The notes under the pieces: generated by a model
What the model was told of the DNA's origin: nothing
The model's input: only the letters and a program-made list of their open reading frames with translations
Databases searched by the model: none
Source: Oligoflexales bacterium
GTDB lineage: Bacteria; Bdellovibrionota_B; Oligoflexia; Oligoflexales; Bog-1112
Direction of reading: 5' to 3'
DNA length: 52,994 nt
Assembly: GCA_013215275.1 (NCBI GenBank)
Contig: JABSRF010000004.1
Span: 1 to 52,994, forward strand
Shown here: positions 27,117 through 34,826 of the stretch, in pieces
How positions within the stretch are numbered: position 1 is the first letter of the stretch
Layout of the letters: every line of letters begins with the position of its first letter
Position numbers and translations under genes: made by a program

Positions 27117-27147
27117 GAAAGGGGGTGTGTGCCAAACGTGCCAAAAA
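27117..27147 (-). promoter_or_regulatory. repeated late-operon upstream element, copy 3 (core inverted)
   Basis: 27128-27147 is the exact reverse complement of TTTTTGGCACGTTTGGCACA, next to the same-orientation GAAAGGGGG tract. Confidence 0.7.
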
Positions 27148-27180
27148 TTTAGTTGAGGTGAATTTTTTGGTTATGGTTAG

Positions 27181-27510
27181 TTAGAATAATAGGGTTTTCA
27201 GCTTTTCTCTGACCTCTGCTAAGACTTCATCAGGAACACTGCCTGTTATTACTGCATTCCTAGCTGATATATCTAAGCATTTAATTTGGTCAGTTAATAC
27301 TACACCCGTAATTTTTCGGTTCCTTGGTAGTTCAACCTCAAATGGATACCCCTTTTTCTTCGAGGTAACGGGACACATTATTGCAAGTTTGGTTATCTTA
27401 GTATAAGAGGATGGAGAAAGAACTAATGCAGGTCGTCGGCCTGCTTGCTCGTGACCTGCCTGTGGATTAAAGTCAACATAGATCAAATCACCGGCATTTG
27501 GATATTGCAC
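27181..27510 (-). CDS. mazF: MazF/PemK endoribonuclease toxin
   Basis: GDLIYVDFNPQAGHEQAGRRPALVLSP...CP.TS..KGYPFEV...DQIK.LD. Confidence 0.96.
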   Translation of the reverse strand: MQYPNAGDLIYVDFNPQAGHEQAGRRPALVLSPSSYTKITKLAIMCPVTSKKKGYPFEVELPRNRKITGVVLTDQIKCLDISARNAVITGSVPDEVLAEVREKLKTLLF

Positions 27511-27791
27511 TACCAGACCTCATTTCCTTGTGGGTTTTCTTCATTTAGCCACTCTTCATCATTGTGCATATTTTCTGGAGTTATCTTTGCTAATAGCTGT
27601 TCAAGCCCTTGCTTGGGTTTGATTACAATAGCCCCATCAATAACTTCCAAGGTTACTTCACTATTTTCTTTTAGGTTTACTTCTTCGAGTACATTCTTGG
27701 GAACACGTAGCCCTAAGCTATTGCCCCAAGTTTTGAGTGTTGCCGTTGTCATATAATACCTCCTGACTATGTTTATACATAGTATATACAT
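27510..27791 (-). CDS. mazE: MazE/AbrB antitoxin
   Basis: WGNSLGLRVPK...LE.LLA.ITPEN.H...G.EVW; coupled to mazF. Confidence 0.95.
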   Translation of the reverse strand: MYILCINIVRRYYMTTATLKTWGNSLGLRVPKNVLEEVNLKENSEVTLEVIDGAIVIKPKQGLEQLLAKITPENMHNDEEWLNEENPQGNEVW

Positions 27792-27817
27792 ACTAACGGC
27801 ATTTCAAGCGGTTTACT

Positions 27818-28045
27818 TTAGTTTTGATGTATCATGTTGTTAATACATATTTTTATTTTCACCCGACTACTCCTCCTAGGGCTTCTCTTCTGATTGATCC
27901 ACCGACTGAAGGTGGATTCTGACATCCCCGCATTTCTCTTGAGTTCGGACAGGTCAAGCTTGAAGGTTCTGGCAAGGCGCTCTAGGCCCTCAACTAAATT
28001 TGGTCCAGTTGCTTTGTCGATGAATGTTAAGTCTAATGTTTGCAT
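27818..28045 (-). CDS. XRE-family HTH regulator
   Basis: SEL.RNAGMSESTFSRWINQKRSP HTH. Confidence 0.75.
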   Translation of the reverse strand: MQTLDLTFIDKATGPNLVEGLERLARTFKLDLSELKRNAGMSESTFSRWINQKRSPRRSSRVKIKICINNMIHQN

Positions 28046-28065
28046 ACTCTTCCTCCTGAAATTAT

Positions 28066-28296
28066 TTAAGCGGGCTCAAACCAAGCGCCCCATCTATCCT
28101 CACCTTTAAACCGGCAGCGAAAAGCTTTACATCTTTTGCAGGTCTCTCTTTCAACCCAATGAGAACCAGTTGAATCTACTTCTAAATGTTTGCAGGTTAC
28201 GTAGTTGCAATCTTTACAGCGATAGTATTCTCTATAGTGGGTCACATTTTCTGAGCTACAACCAAAGTTTTGGCATTCTATGGGTTGATTTTTCAT
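28066..28296 (-). CDS. Cys-rich zinc-finger hypothetical protein
   Basis: Several Cys pairs (CKDC, CKRC). Confidence 0.55.
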   Translation of the reverse strand: MKNQPIECQNFGCSSENVTHYREYYRCKDCNYVTCKHLEVDSTGSHWVERETCKRCKAFRCRFKGEDRWGAWFEPA

Positions 28297-28304
28297 TTTC
28301 TTTC

Positions 28305-28829
28305 CTAGCTATATTTAAGCGGACAATAGCTCCAATGCCATGGCTTAAACTCATGAGAATACGGTGCCTCGCGAAAAAATGTTTCTCTTTCACCAATCAC
28401 AAACAGCCTGCAATACTTACCTTCGAGAACTTTAGTGATTATTGCAGGATATATTTCTGTTGAGTTATCTTCTTTATTCCTGGTTTGATACAGAACCATT
28501 TGGCCAATTACCGCTTTCACTTTTTTTTCTTCCTCACCCTTATCTAAACAACTCTTAGAGCAAAAGAATAGGCTGTCCATAAACTTGTTTTTGCTTGGAA
28601 TGATAAAGGCTTGGTCAGAATTCCGGGCTATCCTTCCCATGCAATGATCGCAACGTATTGCTCTTTTTATGCTTTCTCGTGCCGCATCAAAAAACCGGCC
28701 TCTATTTAGTTCAAAATAATCATCAAACCTGATTGGCTTGTCTCGTAGGGCATAAGCTCTTGTTGGTCCCATGCTTGTTCCATCAGTCATAATTACTGAT
28801 ACCTTTTGTTGATCTTCTTTACCCAACAA
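28305..28829 (-). CDS. hypothetical phage protein with CDHC...FCS..C zinc finger
   Basis: Motifs in translation; coupled with neighbouring genes. Confidence 0.6.
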   Translation of the reverse strand: MLGKEDQQKVSVIMTDGTSMGPTRAYALRDKPIRFDDYFELNRGRFFDAARESIKRAIRCDHCMGRIARNSDQAFIIPSKNKFMDSLFFCSKSCLDKGEEEKKVKAVIGQMVLYQTRNKEDNSTEIYPAIITKVLEGKYCRLFVIGERETFFREAPYSHEFKPWHWSYCPLKYS

Positions 28830-29049
28830 CGCTAACTCCCCAACTTCTGGTTACTTCCACTTGGCGGGTCAGTAACTCAACACCATCTTCTGATATCGTT
28901 ACTTCATACTTGCCTTCTAATTCGCTTTGCATATCAACATTTTCAATCATGATAGCCTCATCAACTGCCTCATCTGGGCTTTCGGCGTCGATGTCTCCTA
29001 CGTACTCTGAACCTCTTTCATTTCTTATTTGATATTCGTATCTATACAT
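28819..29049 (-). CDS. small acidic hypothetical protein
   Basis: 76 aa, rich in D/E; GAGG RBS; coupled. Confidence 0.6.
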   Translation of the reverse strand: MYRYEYQIRNERGSEYVGDIDAESPDEAVDEAIMIENVDMQSELEGKYEVTISEDGVELLTRQVEVTRSWGVSVVG

Positions 29050-29525
29050 TATTTATTTATCCTCAAAACATTTGCGACTAGTTCACCCCTGAAGGACTGA
29101 ACAATCTCCGACAATTCAGACTGAATAAAGCTAAGCTGCTGCGTCCACGAAAGTCTTGTTTCTTTATCCATTGAGCACCAATCAGCATAGGCGTTGCCAA
29201 TCACAAAACTGAGAATCTTGGTAACACTGATTGGATTTTTTGTTTTAACTGCAGCTATTAACGCCAAATCATACTCTTGCTTCTCAAGTTCATCTTCTAT
29301 TACAAGATCTTTCCTGAGTTTTTCAGCGAATTTATATGAACAATAAGGTTCCACAACTCCCATTTCCATCTTTGTATGATAATAGGGGTCATAGCCAAAT
29401 TTTTCACAGAATTCTTTGCGTGAATAACCAAGCTTCAGCCGTTTTTCTTTAACATACCTTCCAAACACATCGGGAAAGCCTCTGTTTTCTGTACTCTTCA
29501 TAAATCCTCTCCTTAACCAACGCAC
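29049..29525 (-). CDS. XRE-like HTH protein
   Basis: FG.YVKEKRLKLGYS.KEF......Y..KME.G pattern; likely start MKSTE. Confidence 0.65.
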   Translation of the reverse strand: MRWLRRGFMKSTENRGFPDVFGRYVKEKRLKLGYSRKEFCEKFGYDPYYHTKMEMGVVEPYCSYKFAEKLRKDLVIEDELEKQEYDLALIAAVKTKNPISVTKILSFVIGNAYADWCSMDKETRLSWTQQLSFIQSELSEIVQSFRGELVANVLRINK

Positions 29526-29620
29526 CTAGCGATCATCATCAGCACCATTCCGATGAGTATTCCAAGGCAAAAGAAAGCAATGATTGTTTGTTTAATAAAT
29601 TCCCATAGGCTGTTACCCAT
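29513..29620 (-). CDS. 35 aa membrane peptide, not in the ORF track
   Basis: MGNSLWEFIKQTIIAFFCLGILIGMVLMMIARCVG*; GGGAGG RBS; overlaps both neighbours. Confidence 0.5.
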   Translation of the reverse strand: MGNSLWEFIKQTIIAFFCLGILIGMVLMMIARCVG

Positions 29621-30047
29621 ATAACCTCCCGTACTCTGCAATTAAACAGGCATCAACAATTCCATCGTTTGGTTTCTTGCAACCAACTGGAACAAATGTT
29701 TCCGTAGGCCAAAGCTGTTTAGCCTTGTTTAATGCAGCCTTTTTACTCTCACCTTTGTTGAATTTGCCAATTATCTTAGCCTGCCATCGTCTTGGATTAA
29801 TAAGAACGTGGGGTATTTTATGGGCAGCAAGTAGACCAAGGATTTCACCGAAGTGAACCCCATAGTTGAACATTGACTGGATGCTTTGCCCTGGCCTCGA
29901 TTGACATTTCTCTATAAAGCATTTCTTGATACTCGAAAGGTCTGGAAAGTCATGTATAGCAACCATTCTGGCGTAGCTGATAAGCTCTCCTGATTCGCTT
30001 AAGACTGCCAATCCTCCCTTCGATCCTGGGTCAATCCCTAGTATCAT
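29613..30047 (-). CDS. RuvC-like Holliday junction resolvase
   Basis: ILGIDPG..GGLA, FIEK, P..WQ, DG..DA.LIA motifs. Confidence 0.88.
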   Translation of the reverse strand: MILGIDPGSKGGLAVLSESGELISYARMVAIHDFPDLSSIKKCFIEKCQSRPGQSIQSMFNYGVHFGEILGLLAAHKIPHVLINPRRWQAKIIGKFNKGESKKAALNKAKQLWPTETFVPVGCKKPNDGIVDACLIAEYGRLYG

Positions 30048-30733
30048 TCCCTTTCCCTCTCAATCTGCTTAACCAAGCTGTTATATTCATCTTCGTCTTC
30101 TGGATTAATGAGGGTGTTAACGTCATCACTGAATCGTGAAAGTTGGTCCATTCTCTTATTCAAGACTTCCCGATTGCAGTTAAGCCTATCTAGTGCCGAT
30201 AACATGGAATCAATATTTCCTTTGGTGATTCTTGCTAGTTTTTGCAGGTAATATTCTTGATAAACCTCATCATCCTTTTTGGGCTGCTTGATAAGCTCTC
30301 TTTTGACTTTGTAGGTTGTATCGTGAAATAGACTGCTTTTTTCTGCTACGATTTCCTTAAAGACAATATTATTTCGCCTGGTGATCTTTGGTTGGGTGAG
30401 GATATCAATTTTTTGTTTAGCCTCGCCTAGATCCTCTTGGGCCTTCTTCAAAGTAGATTCAGTTTTTTGAAGCACTTCTAAGGAGACTTTCAAGCTATCT
30501 TTGCATTTGATAAGAAAGTCTCGGTAAAGCCACGCTGCCCAATTGTTGTAGGCGCTAACCACGTGGTTTGCCGCAGCAATACTCATTAGGTAACTCTCGA
30601 CTTCTTTATTATCCCGCGAGGTTATGACAAATGTCATTACCTTATGATTTAAGGTGGTTAGATAGTCATTTGAACCTGATCTTTCAAACTTCCTTCTTAA
30701 TTCAGCATGGCGAACCCCAAGGCAATGAGCCAT
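30044..30733 (-). CDS. Rha/antirepressor-like regulatory protein
   Basis: A..LG..HA.L.R...ESY.M...A...V...N.....Y..FLI N-terminal domain plus coiled coil; the frame stays open upstream to ~30950. Confidence 0.55.
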   Translation of the reverse strand: MAHCLGVRHAELRRKFERSGSNDYLTTLNHKVMTFVITSRDNKEVESYLMSIAAANHVVSAYNNWAAWLYRDFLIKCKDSLKVSLEVLQKTESTLKKAQEDLGEAKQKIDILTQPKITRRNNIVFKEIVAEKSSLFHDTTYKVKRELIKQPKKDDEVYQEYYLQKLARITKGNIDSMLSALDRLNCNREVLNKRMDQLSRFSDDVNTLINPEDEDEYNSLVKQIERERE

Positions 30734-30936
30734 ATCATAAAGAGTTACACCCAGTTCTCCACCAAGCTCTTTATAGGGTTTAGGCTGAATAAACCTAGCC
30801 TCAACTTCTTCAATTCTTTGCTTGAGTTCTGAAGCTGAAATTTTAGGAGCCTTTTTCTTCTGCCTCTTTTTAATGGGGACAACGGGGGTAATAGCTTGAG
30901 TGTGGTTGTAATGACTTGGATCAAATGTTTGGATTT

Positions 30937-31161
30937 TTATTTCCTTCTGTTTTTAAAACGGTTCTTAGATTTATTTTTTTTGACTGCCTGCAACTTGTCA
31001 TCGATAGCTCGTAGGCGGCTCCAAAATTGAGTTGTTGTTTCTGCGTTTTCTATATGAATGAGTTCACCCATTGTCGTTATCCTCCTTGCACATGGCCACT
31101 TTAGATCCAAAACCGGAAGGGTAATAAAAGGTGTCTGGTATGTGCTCATGCAACTTGGCAT
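30937..31161 (-). CDS. small hypothetical protein (likely start MGELIH near 31071)
   Basis: GGAGG RBS precedes the MTT/MGE codons; fills the operon gap. Confidence 0.4.
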   Translation of the reverse strand: MPSCMSTYQTPFITLPVLDLKWPCARRITTMGELIHIENAETTTQFWSRLRAIDDKLQAVKKNKSKNRFKNRRK

Positions 31162-31246
31162 TGCACACGGCTTGTAAAAACATTAATCCGATTGCCGATA
31201 ATACGAGCAATATTCCTATAATAATCATCATTCTATCCTTCCACAT
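31064..31246 (-). CDS. small membrane protein
   Basis: N-terminal TM helix; overlaps the ERF-like gene end. Confidence 0.5.
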   Translation of the reverse strand: MWKDRMMIIIGILLVLSAIGLMFLQAVCNAKLHEHIPDTFYYPSGFGSKVAMCKEDNDNG

Positions 31247-31835
31247 CCCGGGCCTCTATTTTCTTCTGGGCTTCGACTTGAGCTTTTACTTGGGCATTGA
31301 TCGAGCCAATCTTGTGCTGATCTGAGACAGTTTGCTTGGTTGCCTGTAGGTCTGAGCGAGAAAGGCGCGGAACCATTAAAAGACCTTGGATAAAGGATTT
31401 CAGGGTTCTGGTCTTTGCTCCTTCGAGTGCATCTGCTTCAGAATTTGATTGGTCAGCAACCCCATTTGCTTCATGGATTGAGCCGATTGCTTCACCTGAT
31501 TCGATATGGACTACAACGAAGGAGCTCCGAGCTTTGCAAGCTTTCACGCTCTTCTTGCTTGGTGTGCCTCGATATTCTGCGTGGAGGGTTTCAAATTCTT
31601 TGTCTGTAGCTTCAGACTTGAGCCACAAGACCTTAAGCCCCTGCTCCATGAAAGGCTTTTGAACTGAGGCAAGAACTTTATCGCTTGAAGTGTATTCCTT
31701 GCCTTTATCCCTTTGGTCATCCTTGAATAGCAGTGGGTTGCTTGAGGTGACATTTGCAAGTGCGTTCATAAGGTTTTTCTTCTTTCCAATTTCCTCAGCC
31801 ATTTTCATTAAGTTAAAAAATTCTAGGTTTTCCAT
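31233..31835 (-). CDS. ERF-like single-strand annealing protein
   Basis: NP....Y.S.D.VL..V..P....GL...H.ESGE...GA.T pattern; adjacent to the exonuclease. Confidence 0.6.
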   Translation of the reverse strand: MENLEFFNLMKMAEEIGKKKNLMNALANVTSSNPLLFKDDQRDKGKEYTSSDKVLASVQKPFMEQGLKVLWLKSEATDKEFETLHAEYRGTPSKKSVKACKARSSFVVVHIESGEAIGSIHEANGVADQSNSEADALEGAKTRTLKSFIQGLLMVPRLSRSDLQATKQTVSDQHKIGSINAQVKAQVEAQKKIEARDVEG

Positions 31836-32638
31836 CAGCTAACCTCCTCGATATATGGGCTATACCCTGGCCAGTTGTTTTTCTTTGCAAAAATGTATTT
31901 ATTTAGCGCTATTCTCCACTCCTTTTTAAACTCTTCTATTTTATTAGCGCTGTAGCTGATTGCATGGGTCAGAAATGGGTAAGCGTTTTCCACTGCAATG
32001 AAGGTCCATGTAGGCTCATGGCCTGTAATTTCTTTGTATCCGTTGGTATAGTGAGCCAATTGCCAAGAGTACTTCAGCTTGAAGCGAACAATAGAATCAA
32101 AGCCTCCATATCTAAGCGAAGCATCGAAGGTGGTCTTAAAATCCACAAGGTGGTGATCCGGCCTAAGCCAGTCTATAAGCGCCTTACAGCGCTCCCCTGA
32201 AATGGGATCCACCCAAAACATGGGTACCTCTGCTTGTCCTTCCGATAGGAGGATTGAGCTTGCAGGATGGGACAGTACACTTGCGGCCATCTGGTGAACG
32301 TCATCCCACTCTTTTGGGGTAAGCACGATTTTTAGAGGATTTTCTTTGATAGTATGAAGGTATGGCTTCGTGCGTTTATCCGAAACTGGAGCTTGCACAT
32401 AAAGAGTATCAAACTTGTCTTTCTGAGCAATTAGCACATGAGTCGCATTGCCTTTTATCAGGGAATCGTCTTTTTTCTCCTTTTTGGCAGGCTTATCCGG
32501 GTCTAACTCATAGGCATAGTAGTGAGCTGTGGTTGGATACTCATGAAGCGCTTTTTTAACTGTGGAGTAGTTAATAGCATCCTCAGACCTGTATTCTTTC
32601 TCGCTAACACTCGGCTCAATGCTCGGGTATAAAATCAT
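31835..32638 (-). CDS. PD-(D/E)xK RecE/exonuclease VIII-like nuclease (DUF3799)
   Basis: G.ATH, AEV.MFW.D..G..CK..ID, VDFKTT, Y..Q.AHY..G, F.AVE..P motifs. Confidence 0.9.
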   Translation of the reverse strand: MILYPSIEPSVSEKEYRSEDAINYSTVKKALHEYPTTAHYYAYELDPDKPAKKEKKDDSLIKGNATHVLIAQKDKFDTLYVQAPVSDKRTKPYLHTIKENPLKIVLTPKEWDDVHQMAASVLSHPASSILLSEGQAEVPMFWVDPISGERCKALIDWLRPDHHLVDFKTTFDASLRYGGFDSIVRFKLKYSWQLAHYTNGYKEITGHEPTWTFIAVENAYPFLTHAISYSANKIEEFKKEWRIALNKYIFAKKNNWPGYSPYIEEVS

Positions 32639-32691
32639 GAAAACCTCCTATCTACCTCTAATAAAGGAGGGAGGGCAAAAAGCCCTCACCG

Positions 32692-32970
32692 TTAACGAAT
32701 GGCCTTTTCTGCCCTCTTCCGCTTAGATTCCGGCAATTTTATTGAGCCGATGTAGTCGAAAAGGAAGAAAATAGCTCTCATAATCTTGCTCTGTTCAACA
32801 AACTGGAGAAACTTTTCTAAGGCGTTCCAGTCTGTCTTCTCAGCTACATCTGCAAGGAAAATAAAGAGCGGTTTAGCCACTAAGCGGAACGAGCCTATTA
32901 CTAGAAGTAAGCTAGCAATATGGGGGCTCGTAGCTGCTAGGTGTTGGACAAGTTGGGTTAATGCTTCCAT
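32692..32970 (-). CDS. small membrane protein (holin candidate)
   Basis: Hydrophobic helices and basic C-terminus; GGAGG RBS; GAGGGC/GCCCTC hairpin downstream. Confidence 0.55.
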   Translation of the reverse strand: MEALTQLVQHLAATSPHIASLLLVIGSFRLVAKPLFIFLADVAEKTDWNALEKFLQFVEQSKIMRAIFFLFDYIGSIKLPESKRKRAEKAIR

Positions 32971-33046
32971 TATCTACCTCCTTTTGGACGTGCTGTAATC
33001 AGCACAAGATCGCTAAAATCTGGGTAAAGTGATTCCATAGTCCCTC

Positions 33047-33565
33047 TTAGATTTGATAGCCGAATGAAAGCTCTGCCGTTGGTGTAACTCCCTTGGCTCG
33101 TCCAGAGCCCAAGAGCTCATGATTTTTGACATGTACCTGCGCGAGCCCGCCTGTGAGGCTAGTATTAAAGCCGGAATCCCACACCCAGCGATAGCCCATT
33201 GATACCTCACCTTTGAGGGCATTCGTGTGGGATTTTGAATCACCTTTGATGTCTAGTCTTGAGGCGTGGACTCCAACCAAGGAGATAAAGGAGTCTTCAT
33301 GAAATCCGCCTGGGACATGGCTTAGGCGTAAACCAACACCTTTTGCGCTGCCCTTAACCCCGGTCAATACTGATAGGTCATGGACATAGCCGACGTCAGC
33401 GCCAACCGAAACTGTATCTGAGACGCCCACATCAAACCCGGCTTCTAAGCCATTAAAGACTGCAGCTAAGGGATTTACGCGGAGATTGGTTATAGTATCC
33501 AGAGCATAAACTGATGATGATGTTAAAGCGAAAAGAGATAGTAAAAAAAAGTAAAGATTTTTCAT
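33047..33565 (-). CDS. outer-membrane beta-barrel protein (DUF3575-like)
   Basis: Sec signal ending VYA; alternating beta strands; GYRWVW and C-terminal FGYQI. Confidence 0.8.
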   Translation of the reverse strand: MKNLYFFLLSLFALTSSSVYALDTITNLRVNPLAAVFNGLEAGFDVGVSDTVSVGADVGYVHDLSVLTGVKGSAKGVGLRLSHVPGGFHEDSFISLVGVHASRLDIKGDSKSHTNALKGEVSMGYRWVWDSGFNTSLTGGLAQVHVKNHELLGSGRAKGVTPTAELSFGYQI

Positions 33566-33700
33566 TTAAGTAATTCCATAAGTAAAAAGGTTCAAAAAAG
33601 GTTAAAGGTCGTTTGGTTATTTAGTAGCTATTTCATGACTCTCTCCTTATTGAGTGCGTTTAAACAGTCTGGAGTGAGAGCGTTTAAACGTTGTGAGTTA

Positions 33701-34312
33701 TTAACCAAGCACCATTTCCTGGTGGCAAAGACCACACAAAGGTGCTGCAATATCTAGGGTTTTCTTGGAAATTCTTGCTATATATTCGGGATGGTCATTT
33801 CTGCAAACCATCTTTAGTTGCCTAGTGCTCTGCTTTTTTTCTTCCTCTGGTTTAGATAATGAAGCATGGGGGTACTCACCTATTACCTGGGCGTACTCTT
33901 TGATGTAGTTGGTTAAATCCTCTCCAGCGTAGGTTGCAGTTAATTTCCCCTCTAAGCCTATTGCTCGGGCACATTTTCCAAAGGTAGCGTTATGACCGTT
34001 TTCAATGCCTACAATTACATGAACAAGCTCATGAGCAAGCACATCTGCTGCACGAACTGACTCAGAGACTACGTGGCTTATCATGATTTCAAAGGTGCAA
34101 TCGTCGGAAGCATCACAAGACCAACATTCACCTAGCACCTGATTTTTCGCAAAGGCACCTTTAGATGGTAATGAGCAGGAGAATCTTATTTTCTCGGGGA
34201 TATCCTCATACCCACTGCTTTTAAAGCGTTTGTAAAGATGTTGAGCCATCTCGTTTAACCACTTCTCTCGATTCATTAACTGCTCCTTTAATTGGGTGGG
34301 CACAAGGCCCAC
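33701..34312 (-). CDS. SprT-like zinc metalloprotease
   Basis: LAHELVH (HExxH), GH...F, C-terminal Cys cluster; likely start MNREKW. Confidence 0.82.
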   Translation of the reverse strand: MGLVPTQLKEQLMNREKWLNEMAQHLYKRFKSSGYEDIPEKIRFSCSLPSKGAFAKNQVLGECWSCDASDDCTFEIMISHVVSESVRAADVLAHELVHVIVGIENGHNATFGKCARAIGLEGKLTATYAGEDLTNYIKEYAQVIGEYPHASLSKPEEEKKQSTRQLKMVCRNDHPEYIARISKKTLDIAAPLCGLCHQEMVLG

Positions 34313-34433
34313 CGCTTAGGACGACACACAAATAAAGGCAATGCTATGAAGCAAGTCTCTTACTGGTGTGGTGAAGATAGCTAGGGGAGTTGCGGCGGGA
34401 TATGAAAAGCCGGAAATTCCGGCTCTAAATTTG

Positions 34434-34817
34434 TAAGCTGTTGATATAATGGAATGTACCCAGTGTACCCAACGAAATATAGGATGGGCACACTTTTTGG
34501 GTACACTTTTTTATCAGTTTAATTAGTTAGTTAGATACTCTAAATTCTATTTGTACCCAGTGTACCCAAGAAATAAAAAGATATAGATATATAGAGATAT
34601 AAATAAAAATAAAAAAATATATCTGACTGTGGATGTATTTTATTTTTTTTATTTTCCCCTATCCCTATATATATTTCTTTTTCAGAAAAAGTGGGTACAT
34701 TGGGTACACTTCGAGATTTAAGCTTTAAGCACCTATAATATTGGAAAATATTTGTACCCAAAAAGTGTGCCCAACCCAAAATCAGGGTGGGTACAGTGGG
34801 TACATTTTTGGGTACAC
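34434..34817. repeat. iteron-type lytic replication origin
   Basis: About 11 TGTACCCA copies (direct and inverted) plus 2 TGTGCCCA variants around a central AT-rich block (34570-34690); IHF-like TAAGCTGTTGATA at 34434; immediately downstream of the primase-helicase. Confidence 0.82.
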
Positions 34818-34826
34818 TTGGAGAAA

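Noticed and set aside
34540-34779. 79 aa ORF in the track
   Set aside because: It is a translation of the iteron/AT-rich origin with low-complexity sequence.
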